Positions 22,959 through 36,799 are shown, numbered from the whole stretch's first letter. The stretch: DNA of 63,840 bases, filler included, from Phoronis australis (GCA_002633005.1; 9 parts of 9 records of this genome joined end to end with filler, not necessarily neighbours in it); one strand, 5' to 3'. Program-made: numbers and translations. The notes: generated by a model from the letters alone, not told the origin.

Positions 22959-25900
22959 GTAAACTTTTGAAATTATATGCAAACAAGCAGGTTGGTTTTT
23001 AGTGAAAGGTTTGTGCTAAGCAATGACGGCTGGTAAAGATTTAAAATTTTGTGCCAAGTTTTGTAAAAGGCTGGCTGGTTTTAGTGGGAAGTTTTTGGTA
23101 AGGTATAGTTAGTATGAATGACAATTTAAAGTGATTGAAATGTTGTGCCAAGTTTTGTAAAAAACAGGTTGTTTAATGGGAGATGTTTGCAAAGTAATTA
23201 TAGCTGTTGGTGCAGGTGTGCTGCCACCTATTTATAGAAGGAGGTACCGCAACTTTGCTATGGATGATGTAAAGACACATATTAGTCATGGTAAATAGAG
23301 CCTTTGTGGTGTTCTACGACATGTACAAATATTTTGTGTTGTGGTCTTCTTGTCATTTGGAGTACCCTAACTGCTGTTTCTCAAAAAGGCTTTCAACCTT
23401 TAACTGATCAGATGTAAGTTTTATTTAGACCTGCCAAATTTACTAGCACGTGACTTTTGTGACAAAAATAAACGTAAAGTTGCAACATTCGGCTGTTGTG
23501 TGTAGTGAACAAGAGGCTTGGTTTTAAGCTTTTGTGCCAGTGAAAAAAGTCATAAAGTTACGGTGTTGAAGTGAAACTGTTCTTATTCCAACATTGTCAG
23601 CTGCCATTGCTCCGCGAAAGTGTCTCAATAAGAAAGACATAAGCGTATCACTTTGACATTCAGACAGTCTTTTGGGGGACATAACATGGATATGCAAGAG
23701 GTAAACTTTACCATACAATTAATTCTCTGATGTTGTTTTTGTCATTTGGAGAAATGTTATAATTTCTTAACTTTGGCACTGAATATTAATTTAGTTAATA
23801 TTGGCAATCACAACGATAGTTTTGAAATTTTTTTGATGTCTCAACTCATTAGGTTGTGCCATGTACATATTTGTAGATAGGTGATATCTCTTTAATAATA
23901 ACATTACGTTTTGGCCATTGTTTAATGAGGAATAACACAACGAATGCAAGTACNNNNNNNNNNNNNNNNNNNNNNNNNNNNNNNNNNNNNNNNNNNNTTA
24001 ATTAATTAANNNNNNNNNNNNNNNNNNNNNNNNNNNNNNNNNNNNNNNNNNNNGTAATTCCAAATTGAGGACAATATGCCATACAATTGAAATTTTATTT
24101 GGTCATTTATTCGTAAAAGGTGGGTGAGAATTTACCGCAGTCGGTTCAATGTGCCTTATTGTAAAAAAGAACAAGAGCCTTGCTGTTGTGAATGCATGTC
24201 GTATAGAGAAGCTGTTTGCTGATTTTAGCAAAATTCACTTGACATTTGTTTAATATCATTCGTTTTAATGGTTTCGAAAATAAGTGGCTTTCGCTAATTG
24301 ATGCGTTTTATCAACTAAAAAACTGTAACCTGTATTAATCGACTTTCACACAAGTATGAAGTTATGGATCACTAATCACATGAATGTAAATGTTGATTTG
24401 AGCATCGCGTAAATTATTTCATTGTTTGTTAAACTGCTATCCAACCTCACTTCCATCATGCTCTATTTGACAAACACTTGTCTTTCCTTTTTGCACAATT
24501 TTACACTTGATGAATTCCAAACGTAACAGTCGGTTCAGTGAGTTTTGCCAATGCTTTTCATTGCTCTCTGAAAGGAGCCGTGCAAGTTGACTACAGTGGT
24601 TGTAGACATTTGGGTTATAGCCGTGTAAGTTGACTACAGTGGTTGTAGACATTTGGGTTATAGCTGTGAGACACTGCACTGGAAATTGAGGGCCTGGAAG
24701 GTTTGGTCATGCCATTAACCTTCACTTCTAAATTTTTTTGGGCTTTTTTAATGTTATACACCTATTTTACCTAAAACTCACTATGCTGCCTATTGTATAG
24801 GCAAACAACATTTGGATAGGTATGCTTTTTGTCATACTAAAAGTCAAATCTTGAAAGAACTACTTTGCCAACCATTAAAAGTATAAAGTATACGTTTTAT
24901 GAAACGAGAAAGAACAAGGATTCTAAAATTATGCTTCTTACTACTGTCTTTATCATAGACACGTGACCACCTTTTTTAAGTCAAGTTTTCATGTGGAATA
25001 AAGGTACATTAGAAAAATAACCCCCACCAAGTTTTACTAAAACTTTGTTAAATGAAAACTTTACGCTTAAAAATGCTTTTAGGAATTTGCTTTAAAATGC
25101 CTAGTTTTCACATGAGTGACGTATGAATAAGACGGTTGTTTTTTTCACAAAAATGCCTTGTGTTTTGTGCTTTTAATGCGCCCACATATTTATATGCGGA
25201 CGCATTATGCCGTCACCTCCGTCCGTCCGTCCGTCCATACGGGTGGCGTCCGTCCGGCGTCCGCTGCTTTATCTCCAAAACCCTTTGATATACGTTCCTG
25301 AAATTTGGCACATATGTTCCATTCATGAATGGGACGGCATGTGCGAACTTTCGGACGGATTCGACTACCGGTGTGCCCCCTAGTGGCAATTTTAATTTTT
25401 TATGCTTACCTTTGTATCTTTGTATATGCTTACTATGTAGAGGACGGTTGACGATGATTTTCCGACGATTTTGATTACTGTGGTGCCCCCTAGTGGCAGT
25501 TTTGTTTGTTTGTGCGCCTATGGCTGTATCTCCTAAACCTTTCNATTTGGGTTATAGCCGTGTAAGTTGACTACAGTGGTTGTAGACATTTGGGTTATAG
25601 CTGTGAGACACTGCACTGGAAATTGAGGGCCTGGGAGGTTTGGTCATGCCATTAACCTTCACTTCTAAAGTTTTTTGGGCTTTTTTAATGTTATACACCT
25701 ATTTTACCTAAAACTCACTATGCTGCCTATTGTATAGGCAAACAACATTTGGATATGTATGCTTTTTGTCATACTAAAAGTCAAATCTTGAAAGAACTAC
25801 TTTGCCAACCATTAAAAGTATAAAGTATACGTTTTATGAAACGAGAAAGAACAAGGATTCTAAAATTATGCTTCTTACTACTGTCTTTATCATAGACACG

Positions 25901-26107
25901 TGACCACCTTTTTTAAGTCAAGTTTTCATGTGGAATAAAGGTACATTAGAAAAATAACCCTTACCAAGTTTTACTAAAACTTTGTTAAATGAAAACTTTA
26001 CGCTTAAAAATGCTTTTAGGAATTTGCTTTAAAATGCCTAGTTTTCGCATGAGTGACGTATGAATAAGACGGTTGTTTTTTTCACAAAAATGCCTTGTGT
26101 TTTGTGC

Positions 26108-27415
26108 TTTTTATGCGCCCACATATTTATATGCGTACGCATTATGCCGTCACCTCCGTCCGTCCGTCCGTCCATACGGGTGGCGTCCGTCCGGCGTCCG
26201 CTGCTTTATCTCCAAAACCCTTTGATATACGTTCATGAAATTTGGCACATATGTTCCATTCATGAATGGGACGGCATGTGCGAACTTTCGGACGGATTCG
26301 ACTACCGGTGTGCCCCCTAGTGGCAATTTTAATTTTTTATGCTTGCCTTTGTATCTTTGTATATGCTTACTATGTAGAGGACGGTTGACGATGATTTTCC
26401 GACGATTTTGATTACTGTGGCGCCCCCTAGTGGCAGTTTTGTTTTTTTGTGCGCCTATGGCTGTATCTCCTAAACCTTTCGCAGGATCTTTACGAAATTG
26501 TGTAAGTATATTCATATGATGTTAACAACGGAAGATAACGACTTTTGGACGGATCCGACTACCGGTGTGTCCCCTAGTGGCAATTTTAATTTTTTACGCT
26601 TACCTTTGTATCTTCATAAGTCGTGAACAGATTTTCATGAAATTTGGTATGTAGGCACCTATTAGTGAGATGACGCTATTGTCCCGTTTTCAGATGGATT
26701 CGACATAGTTTGCGCCACCTAGTGGCCATTTTTACTGTTTTCGGGTCGGTATTTTTGCGTCCACCCCTCTATCAACCAAACCGCTCAAAGGATGATTGTG
26801 AAAATTGGCATGTATGTGCTTACTATAAAGAAGACAGCTGACAATGATTTTCAGACGATTTGGACTACTGTGGCGCCTCCTAGTGGCAGTTTTCTTTTTT
26901 TGCGCCTATGGCTGTATCTCCTAAACCATTCACACGATCTTTACGAAATTTGATAAGCGTATTTATATGATGTTAACAACAGACGATGACTACTTTTGGA
27001 CGGATCCGCCTACCAGTGTGCCCCCTAGTGGCAATTTTATTTTTTTACGTTTACCTCTGTATCTTCACAAGTCCTCAACGGATTTTCATGAAATTTGGTA
27101 TGTAGGCACCTATTAGTGCGATGACGCTATCCTCCTTTCGGATGGATTCGACCTAGTTTGCGACATCCAGTGGCCATTTTTACTGTTTTTTGGTCTGTTT
27201 TTTGGCGTCCACCCCTCTATCAACCAAACCGCTCTAAGTACGTATGATTGTGAAAATTGGCATGTATGTTCTTACTATGAAGAGGATGCTTGACGCTGAA
27301 TTTCCCATGACTTTGATTACTGTAGCGCCTCCTAGTGGTATTTTTTTGCGCCCATGGCTCTATCTCCCAAACCGTTTGCAGGATCTTTACTAAATTTAGT
27401 AAGTGTATTTATGTG
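26108..27415 (+). mobile_element. Non-autonomous Helentron-type (HINE/DINE-like) element, left end plus tandem array, cut by spacer; left end duplicated at 25171-25543
   Basis: TTTTTATGCGCCCAC subterminal motif with nearby IR, (GTCC)n microsatellite, then ~150-bp subunits in a ~450-bp higher-order repeat. Confidence 0.75.
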
Positions 27416-27515
27416 NNNNNNNNNNNNNNNNNNNNNNNNNNNNNNNNNNNNNNNNNNNNTTAATTAATTAANNNNNNNNNNNNNNNNNNNNNNNNNNNNN
27501 NNNNNNNNNNNNNNN

Positions 27516-27595
27516 CTATTACTGCTATTACTGCTATTACTACTATTACTGCTATTACTGCTATTACTGCTATTACTGCTATTACTACTGTTACT
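27516..27595 (+). repeat. (CTATTACTG)n simple repeat
   Basis: Visible tandem 9-mers. Confidence 0.9.
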
Positions 27596-28319
27596 CGTTA
27601 TCGTTTTCCTTATCGTTATTATTATTATGAATATTTTAAAATTTATTTAACGAGGACACAATACATGTTTAGCAAAGTGCTAATACATCATGGTCCTCAA
27701 AGATTTTAAAATCATCTCATTTATGGTTCAATGTTCTCATCGGGCTTTCCATGGTGGAAAGCGAATGCTGTTCCAAAGGATTTTAAAGGGGTTCCCATGT
27801 TCAGCCTTAACGATATTGTGAGGAACGTCTTGAAAGCTGTGGAGGCAGAGTACGCCTACTTCTTGGAAACGAGGAGGTTGAGATTTAAAATCTTGTTTAG
27901 ACGTGCACCACCTTCAAAAATTGATTATTTCTAATCTATCGGCAAGCTTTGTATTATTTGTAAATATGACTATATCCATCTGCGGTTTGCCAAGAAGAAC
28001 TGAATTTAGACCGCACTATTTTACTCGCGACTTTCATCTAAACGTGAAGATAATCACCGTGTAATAATTTTTGTCTCTTGTTGAAAATATTCCTTTTCAA
28101 AGAACTGGGGATTGTTCCACGATGATGTGTAAGTTCAAATTTGCGTTAAGTTGAACTCTGGAGGCAGGCATTTTTTGAAAACTAACAATAAGTCGGCTGC
28201 GGTCACTAGGTCAATAGAATAGCTGGTAATGGACATACAAAACACGCAACAATTTTACGTGGAACGGGCTACAATATTCTTAAAAAACATTGGTGATTTA
28301 ACAGAGTGATTTGAACCAG

Positions 28320-28929
28320 GGCCCGGTGCCTAATGTCAGACTCGAACTCGAACTCGGACTCGAAATCTCATTTTCAACTCGACTGGAGTCCAAACTCGAA
28401 ATAGGCGTGCCTAATGTCAGACTCGAAAATTTTTTGACTCGAAATTTGGAGTTTTGACTCCAAATTTCAAGTTTGTTAAGCTAGCGTACTTGAAATCGCA
28501 CTCGAAAATAAAAAATGGCAGCCGTTAGACATTATTTAAGAAATAGAGGCAGAGAAAGGGCAGCTGCGATACGAAGACCACTTCCAGACCGACAAAACCC
28601 GTTGGAGAGCCTGAGTAGCGAGGAAGTATTCCGTAGGTACCGCTTCCTACCCAACACCATAGTCTTCATATTAAATCTAACCAATCTAAACCAATACCAC
28701 AGCAACACATCGTTACCGCCTCTTTACAAACTCCTCCTGACCCTCCGCTTCCTCGCCTCAGGCTCTCATTACACCCTCATCGGGGAATCTCTAATGTATG
28801 GAAAATCGACAGTGGGACGAGCAATCCGTTAAGTTTGCTGTGCACTGATAATGACCACCGGCCACTTTGTGGCATTTCCAACGGGAGATAGTGCAAGAAT
28901 AATCAAGTGCCGGTTTTCTGAGTTGTCAG
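28320..28929 (+). mobile_element. Harbinger transposon 5' end with transposase exon 1 (28515-28929), premature stop at 28830-28832
   Basis: cag|GGCCCGGT terminus with ACTCGAA repeats. The peptide DRQNPLE...FRRYRF...LLLTLRFLASGS...STVGR...FVAFP...K.RF...G|gtaaat is the HARBI1-like N-terminus. The DDE exon is not seen. Confidence 0.85.
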
Positions 28930-30083
28930 GTAAATATGGATCATTTCTTAACTCAGATGTCCGAGACTGGCGACAACCAGATGATCCTTTTAGCAGTTTA
29001 AATGTACACTTACATGAACCTCCCAGCGAGGAAACCGATAACCAATGTGGTGGGGACGAAGGAGAATTGTTGGAATGGGAAAGAAGTCTAATTGAATTTA
29101 TTGGTGTTTGAGTTTTACGTTGTTATTGTTGTTGTTAATCGTTTCCGAGTTAATTGTCATTTTCTATGTAGATATTTTATTTCTATTTTATTATGATCCT
29201 ACCCGTCAGGTCTTTGTGTATGTGAATTACTAGAGTTATTGATGTCATTTAAAATATCTTGAATACCTTGTTATCACGAGTTGAAGTTGTCGCTCACTGT
29301 CACTACTGTATAATTTTGATCTATGTTAAATAATATACATTAGATCTGAGGTTGGGGGAGTGTGACGGGCGCGCCCTCCCTTTGTGAATTATAGAGTTAC
29401 AGTTTCGCGCCATTTTATTACTTGACTCTTCTAATAGGGGTGTTTCATTACGTCACTCATGTCATGGACTCACCCTCACGTGCATTCGTTTAGTTATAAA
29501 AAGCCGCGCACACGCAGTTTTGGCGGGCTGTCTGGGGTTTGAAACCCGCTCCAGTCCGACTCTTAAAAACATGAGTGACGTCTTTTAAGTCTACTATAGT
29601 TTCTTCCAAAAGTTTTAGAGTTGCTTCATAGTCTCTGATAAATTCTTTCTCATAACTTCTGTTTGTAATTTTCGACAATATCAATAAAAAAGAATATATT
29701 TTTAACCAATTCAAATCTCCTTTTACTCCTGCTTTTTAAATATCCAAACTTCAAAACGACTGAGCATCTATCCGTCTGGTCGACACCTGCGGTCATCCAC
29801 GACACACATAAAACACAACGCTGCATATAACACCACCGCTACATTAGAAATAGACTTCAGCTCAAACACTAACGAAAATACTGAAAATAGCAGATATGCA
29901 CCCCAAGCCTGTAGCTGCTGTCTCATGCAGGCAGCAAAAAAAACTTCATTCATGAAAATATTGCGTGCACGTATTCGTGTCACGCGATCTGCGATCATCA
30001 ATGACAAAAGATGACAAACGACACCAAAACAAGCGGAGCAATCTGTGTAAGCCTGCTTCTTTAAAAAATCCTCAGTGGTGCGC

Positions 30084-30222
30084 ATAGGATTGGTTATACA
30101 ACGTACGTGTTTGTACCAGAGTGTTATTATATCTCGATTCGCCCTCGTTCAAATACTTTTGCATATCACGAATCTCGATATAATAACCACTGGTACAAAC
30201 ACGTACGTTGTATTACCTCTAT
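30084..30222. mobile_element. Hairpin MITE
   Basis: Inverted arms atacaacgtacgtgtttgtaccag...ctggtacaaacacgtacgttgtat. Confidence 0.65.
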
Positions 30223-31059
30223 GTATGATATTCTTGCAGCTCACCTCTCCCGCATGCCGAAAGCATATAAAAGAGTGAAACATTCGCCTTTCCGCTTCAC
30301 TGGCGAAATCCTCACGATACATTATGCCGCAGACGTCAGCTATTTGGACTGAAATCACCAATTACGCAGATTTCACAGCAATAGCCTGATATAACGTGCC
30401 CGCATTTTGACAACCACTGACTAACGGGGATGAACTAGTTCTAAAAATACGGATATATATATATATTTTTTTTTTTTTTTACTGCAATCTTTTTTCTTTC
30501 CATTGGTAATTTACATGTAGTTAGAATCTATGTACCTACAAAGTTTACAAACCTGAAAAGGAGAGAAAAGGATTGTTATACAGTATAGAAATTGAAGTGT
30601 GCGGAACCCAGGATCTCTAAAGAGAAACGCCACACCACTCTAGACTACCATCTGCACACAGTTACAATTCAAATAAAATTCGAAAATATAATAGATACCT
30701 TAATATATCTGACACCTAAAATCAACACAGATAATAATGGAACCAAGACTTCGAAGAATACAACGTAAAGACAAACTGATATAGCCTAAATTACGAGAAA
30801 TTGATAGAGTAGTTCTCAGTGGGGGATAACAGCAACTATGAGAACTTAGTTTACCTCAATACTTACATTGAGGTACGCGAGATGTTTGCAGAATGAAAGG
30901 TAATTATGACATTTTTAATTGAATGTCTGCATACATGTGATTATAAGAAAAGGAAGGCTGAGAACCGAACTCTGCCGAGGCGCCATCTACCTCCATCATA
31001 TTGCGACATCTTTAATAATCCTATAGATCTCAACTGGTTGAAAACCTGTAATAGAAATG

Positions 31060-31761
31060 CTAGTTTCTTCTAATTGAGTCGTTTCCCCATCTACACAGTT
31101 TGTAGTAATGGTGAAATATAAGTTGTACGCCAAACGGCAGGACAGTTCCCCGAGAAACACCATATCTCAGGAATTTGAACCCCATATTTTCGTACAACCG
31201 CCTCGCACCGTCGTTTGTAGGCATAACTCCAAGCCACATTCCTATAAATCCATTCTGACTGGCATACTCGAGAGCTGTTGTCACCAATCTTTGAGCAATT
31301 TGTCGCCTCCGAAATTCTTTCAACACGCCGATGCATACAAGTTGTGACCATCCTGGCATATCTTTGGATCTCTCGAAAACAGCAAATCCAACAATACTTT
31401 CCCCGCTGAGGGCTATCCAACTTTCCGTGTAGTCGCTATTTAGCATGTTTAACTGTTTATTCCACGTTTTGCTGACATAACGAAAACCAATATATGAACT
31501 GCGAATAAAAATCAAGGTTGTAAGCCCCAGTGCCACTGCCATTCCGTACGTCCATCCTAGCTGGAACACTGCTACGATGAACGTTGTTACAACGTAAAGC
31601 CAAGTCACCGGATGTTTCCAAACATCTCGGATGAATTGATGGAAGTAAATTTCCTTCATTCGATGATAGTTAAGTTCAGAAACCACTTTCACGTCCTCAC
31701 AACTCCTCAATGGTCTAATTAGGATTTCGCATTTCTGCAACTTGTTATTGCGGTTTTTCAT
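31060..31761 (-). CDS. GNAT N-acetyltransferase, NAT8/Camello-like, single-exon ORF of 233 aa
   Basis: N-terminal IRP, a hydrophobic membrane segment, WIA...IVGF, motif A V..EFRRRQIA..LV and motif B N.GARRLYE.MGF. Confidence 0.85.
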   Translation of the reverse strand: MKNRNNKLQKCEILIRPLRSCEDVKVVSELNYHRMKEIYFHQFIRDVWKHPVTWLYVVTTFIVAVFQLGWTYGMAVALGLTTLIFIRSSYIGFRYVSKTWNKQLNMLNSDYTESWIALSGESIVGFAVFERSKDMPGWSQLVCIGVLKEFRRRQIAQRLVTTALEYASQNGFIGMWLGVMPTNDGARRLYENMGFKFLRYGVSRGTVLPFGVQLIFHHYYKLCRWGNDSIRRN

Positions 31762-33164
31762 TTCAGCGGGTTGTATACAACACTAACGTAGTGAAGAGCT
31801 TCGACTACACTTAAAACATGAGCAACACGCGTGTGTCCCCTAGGTCGAGGCCAATGTTATCGTATGCGTTGTGTTATATGCTTTGTTTCTATTACCCGTA
31901 CTCTAAGTGGTGACGTTGTAGTCAACAACAAAACCAGACTATGATCTCTGGCGGTCTTGGAAGGTGATTTCGACTTATTGTCCCTGCACATATTGAATGC
32001 GATCAACAGGGTCAACTAACTGACAAAAAGTGTGTGGATGCTGAAGCCCCGTGTGTGCTCTATGACTATGCAGTTCCATTCGGAGACTACACAACATTAC
32101 TTGGTAAGTTTTTAGCAATCAGTTTCTATCAACATCGTTCGGTGATGTTATCCCCACCAGTTACCCCCACCGAATAACAGTTTTATTGAGTGGAACTAAG
32201 TGTTTCTTTTTGGAAACTCACCCGATGCCGGGTAAGCTAGCAACACGTATTCATATTGTCCTGGGTGGGAGTGCTCCCAAAATAAGAGGTGTATGGTACG
32301 TGATGCACAGAAGTCAAGAGTGACTTTTCACAGCAGTTTCTCTTCAAAACTATGCTGTTTCCAATAAAATTCTCTAGATGAGTGAGTTTCCTTATTTTAT
32401 AGTGGACCCCACCCCCAGGACCACCAGCTCAGTTATCGAATTAACATGAATAAGCCTTAATTCAGTAAATGTCGTAACATTGCATTGGAAAAAATTGACA
32501 CCTAGAATGAATTTTACTTGTTGAGATCAGAAGCACATTTTAAGTGTCGTGAAAAATACACATTGTTAAATCACTTTTAGCCTGTTTCACATATTTTAAT
32601 TCAGATATTAAATAAGACTTGGGTACAAAGGTTATTAGTTTCTACACATAAACATGAAGATGAAATGTCAAGTATGTTCTGCCTTACAAAAGTAGTTTTG
32701 TCTTGTCTTTTCTTTTACAATTTGCTAATATTTCTATTCTGTTACAGGCAAGAAAAAACAACTGAAACCAACCGCCTGACCATCTATTTCACCGTTGGAC
32801 AAAGTGAAAAGCAATCCTTCAGCAATAACCTGAGAGAATTGAACGTAATTCAGAAATTCAGCACCTGATATGCCTGATTATGGACTCCCTCGCAATGTTG
32901 TTTCTTTCTGTGCTTTTTCAGTTTGCCATTTGTTTTTAAATACACTGATAATTGTTTATTCTCGAATCTTGTGCATAGCAGATTCTTATCCAGCTAGCTA
33001 CAATTGAAAACATACAATAAGACAATCGATGCAGTCACTGAATGTCATTTCCCCATAATCTGTACCAAATTGAAAAGTTTTTACCAATAGTATAAAGCCT
33101 TTCTTCTGAAAGGAAAATTTAATGTCACTCAGCTTTTGGCTTTCATTTCACTGGGTTCTAGTTT

Positions 33165-33640
33165 CAATGGCCTATAGAAGCGCTTGTAAAAAAGGTCCAG
33201 TTTCAACACGTGGCTTTCTTTCATGTAACCTCATTCAGCCTCAATAACATCCACAATTAGACCCTTGAAGGTAAACACAGCAGCATATCACTTGAATCGT
33301 TTTGAGCCCAAAATCAGACTCTGAACTAGACCAGAGTGTGACTAGGTCTTCTTTAGCTTCAGTCCCTCATGTTTCTTCCAGGAAAGGAAATAAGCTATTG
33401 TCCACACATGACTCATTGCCTATGAAAGGGCATCCTCACCAACAAGGCTTATTTGTGTAGCAGTCAGATATAGTTCGTCTGGATACACAGACACTCCACT
33501 GGCACATTGTCTTATGGTAACTTAGTACTGCGATTCACATTTCTCCAGGGCCACTGACTTGCACATTGTGCCATGCAGCACTGCTGGTGTGTGGAAGTGC
33601 TGTGGGAAGAGAACGGAGTAACAAAGCTTGTCTATGATAC
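33165..33640 (-). pseudogene. Decayed YqaJ/lambda-exonuclease-like (PD-(D/E)XK) coding remnant
   Basis: Minus-strand translation FHTPAVLHG...VALEK...V.I.QC..GVSVYP..LYL.A....LVGED, then LKLKK......VQ...VFTFKGL.V...LKLD.FYKRFYRP. This follows the YqaJ motif order, with stops. Confidence 0.6.
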
Positions 33641-34759
33641 AGCTTGAAGTGGCCTTAAAATGTCACTGAACCTGGAACAAATATTGAAATATGAATAATT
33701 AAGTACTCCAGATTGGATCAAAAATGTTATCCCTGTTTTTGAAAAATATATGGTGATTGGTTTACAGTTTCACATAAAAGTAAATAATTACTATTTTCAG
33801 AAACCAAGGGTGTATATAATGAGTATTGCATAAAACTGTGTCTTTATTTTTTATCCCTAGCCATAACAATTCTTTAAAGGCATCACTTGTCTGTAAAATA
33901 TACAAGTTTTTTGAGACAACTTCAAACCTTTGTTACCCATTTTCAAGCCTTTTTAATTTTGATACTTTCAGCAATTTTAAACTCAGATTACAGGTTCATG
34001 GGTCTGTCAAGCATACTTCTAGCCTAAGGTTGAGGGAACCGTTTTTCTTCTAATAGAAGATATGAAGACTTGGGTCATTTAAAAATGATGGATAATCTTT
34101 CTGTTGTTTAAGAGTAATTACAAATCGTAAGGCACCATCAAAAATGCAATTTTCACAAAAATGGCAGTCATTTGAATTTATAACGACTTGCAACATTTCA
34201 AGGCATGAGTTAAGACTATTCAGTCACTGTGAATTCGGAAAATGTAATATATTTTCGTGGTTTTACAATTGATACAAGTAGCAAAACAGTTTCATGAAAT
34301 CAACTTGAAGGGACTTCGTGAAGGTTAAGAATTACCTCACCATGCTCTTTTCCCCAAACATGTATTACCTGTACCAAATATTACAACCCCCCATGCCAAT
34401 ACCCCCTCGGGACCTGAATAAGTAATTTAACAAAGTGACTTTAAAAATACCTTACTGTTTTGCCAGGAAAACGACCCCGAACTGCGCACTTACGTAATCT
34501 TTACTACACAATGAAGAACTCATGTTGTGATATCAGAGTTATCATTGAGCTGTGCTTTTTGGGTGCTGGTGACATAGAAGTCAATCCAGGAACAGACAGT
34601 TACAGCCGATTTCATAAAGGTGGTTTAACAAAAACCAGGTTTAAAACTTGGTCTGCCTAAACCTGGTTATTTTAGACCCGTAACTTGCATTTCAAAATGT
34701 GGTTTAAATGTCTGAAAGCCTGGTTTTGTTAGACCAGGGAGCCGGTTTAGTAACACCAG

Positions 34760-35146
34760 GGCCCGGTCTCCAATCTTTTTACTCGAAATGGAACTCGAAA
34801 TTAGGTTTGGCATTTTCTACTCTACTTTTGGGCGAACTCAAGATAAGTGTCTATTATTCTATGCTCGAGTACACAATAACTTACGTAGATAATTTATTGC
34901 CCATAGTTCACAGTTTGTAAACCCAATATTAAAGCAATAAGTTCGAGTTTGAATTCGAAATTTCGAGTTTTTACTCGAGTTTGTATCACGAATATAAGGG
35001 TCTTCAAGGGCAAACTTGAACTAGAAACTATAATGTATTCGAGCACAGTCTGATAACCAATTACCTTAAGTTCGCACAAAAGGAGCAGAGAAATTGCCAA
35101 AAATAGTTTCGAGTTCGTTTCAAGTACAAAGATTAGAGACCGGGCC
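34760..35146. mobile_element. Harbinger MITE with CAG TSD, apparently nested in an older MITE
   Basis: CAG|GGCCCGGTCTC...GAGACCGGGCC|CAG, with ACTCGAA/TTCGAGT subterminal repeats like 28320-28510. Confidence 0.85.
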
Positions 35147-35617
35147 CAGGTTTAAAGTACCTAAGCCACCCTGCTGTGTCGACCTGGATAAACCCAACAA
35201 AGAAACTATTGAAGTGCTTCAATAAAACCTTGATCACGTCGGTATACAATGGCACACACTTGTAGAATCAGTGTAGACATTTGCGAAAAAGGTCTAAAAG
35301 CTTTTCTCATGAGGTAAAATGTAATGTCTGTGCCCAACACACGTACACACATTAAAGTACATGCTAACCATTAGCCGCAACATGATGATTGTCCAAATTT
35401 ATTTTTGTGCCATTTTAATGTTTATTTTTCGTGGCCAAAGGGGGGACAATACCTCTTCCCTGCAACATTAAATCGGAGACCAATGGAGGTGGACCTCTGA
35501 AGAATCAGATGATGCTGTCTTCAGTCAAGACCGTAGCACTTATGACGGCGACGCCCTACTCGACCAGTCGTATTCTGAGGAATCCGCAGAACACCATCCA
35601 GCACGTACTGGTCTACA

Positions 35618-35772
35618 CATAGGCGGATCCAAGTGGGTCAAGGGGTCTGGACCCCCTTTTCCCTTCATTTTAGTGAAATCAAATCTATAATTTTCAAATT
35701 GTTGACTTGATCCCCCCTTTTAAAAAGTCCTTGACCGACCCCACCCCCTTAAAAATCGTGAATCCGCCACTG
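35618..35772. mobile_element. Short MITE (CATAGGCGGATCC...AATCCGCCACTG); relatives at ~15007-15167, ~42588-42829 and ~53564 onward
   Basis: Imperfect TIRs with a G-run/C-run interior. Confidence 0.6.
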
Positions 35773-36799
35773 CTACTCTTGATCTTGTGTCGTCGTAAAA
35801 CTGAATATTGAAAATAGTTCATTGTGGTATATGAATGCGTGTTGCGGCCGACAGATGACGCGCACGAGGTAATAAATAAAACAACACGGTAATACTTTAA
35901 CAATAGAATACGTCTATTAATTTGCAGCGCTGTGATTTACAAACCATAGTTTACAATAAGTTGTGAGACTGTCGACTAACTGATTCAGACAAGATATCCC
36001 TACTGGTGAGACTACTAATCTACAGTTCCACTGGTCACCCGTAGCTACCGCACACGTTAACGCAAAACAAGTCACAACATAACTAACCCTCTAGAACAAT
36101 CGCTAGACTGGTTCAAATTGACGAACAGGCCGAGACTAACGCCTGTGATAAGTGTCTATACCTCAGTTGTGTACTTTCTGCTTGACTTTTTGGTCACACG
36201 AAGTTGATCGTCCGGCCCCGGCTTTCGTCTCTCTGGCAGTCTGATTTGCCGTCTAGTTCTGGAAACGTGCCCCGTGGTCTGAGGTTTGAGGTCGTTGTCT
36301 ATAGTAGATCCGGTCTGGTCTGGACTCAAGAGCCTGTGTCTTAAATACTACTCTTAGTGGCATCACGCGATGGACCCACCTCTATACCGCCGTATCTATA
36401 TGTACATCTCCCTATAACGAGCTAAATATAACGAGCTAACTGACTATCCCCTAGAAAATTCTTGCATAACTGCCACTATTCCCGGATTTACTACAACAGA
36501 GGTATGCCTATCCCCTGAGGAATTCTTGTATACTTGCCACTCTTCCTCAAATAACCACCCCCTGGGATTTTAACTACCACAGAGGTAGCATTAACATATC
36601 AAGTCCCCTGGAATTTCCTGCACAACACCCGCGATAAGTTCTGCTAAAGACCAAAACATGTTCGCCTGCACGTGGAGAGCATAGCCTCATTATATTACGC
36701 CATTTTCGCTCTAAAACTGCGTCGTGAATGCACAACGCGGTATCATTTAGTTGCGCATATATCATAAAAAAAGTGTTGGTCTTATATTTTCTAAGTCTA

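Noticed and set aside
24608-26480. Apparent 936-bp tandem duplication (24608-25543 / 25545-26480)
   Set aside because: The copies are almost identical and joined by a single N, typical of unmerged overlapping contig ends or haplotypes.
27731-27934. 67-aa ORF beginning MFSSGF, superficially like an IST1 start
   Set aside because: The similarity ends after a few residues and there is no family motif.
35786-36764. Possible solo LTR (TG...CA, internal short duplications)
   Set aside because: No TSD, second copy, PBS or PPT found.
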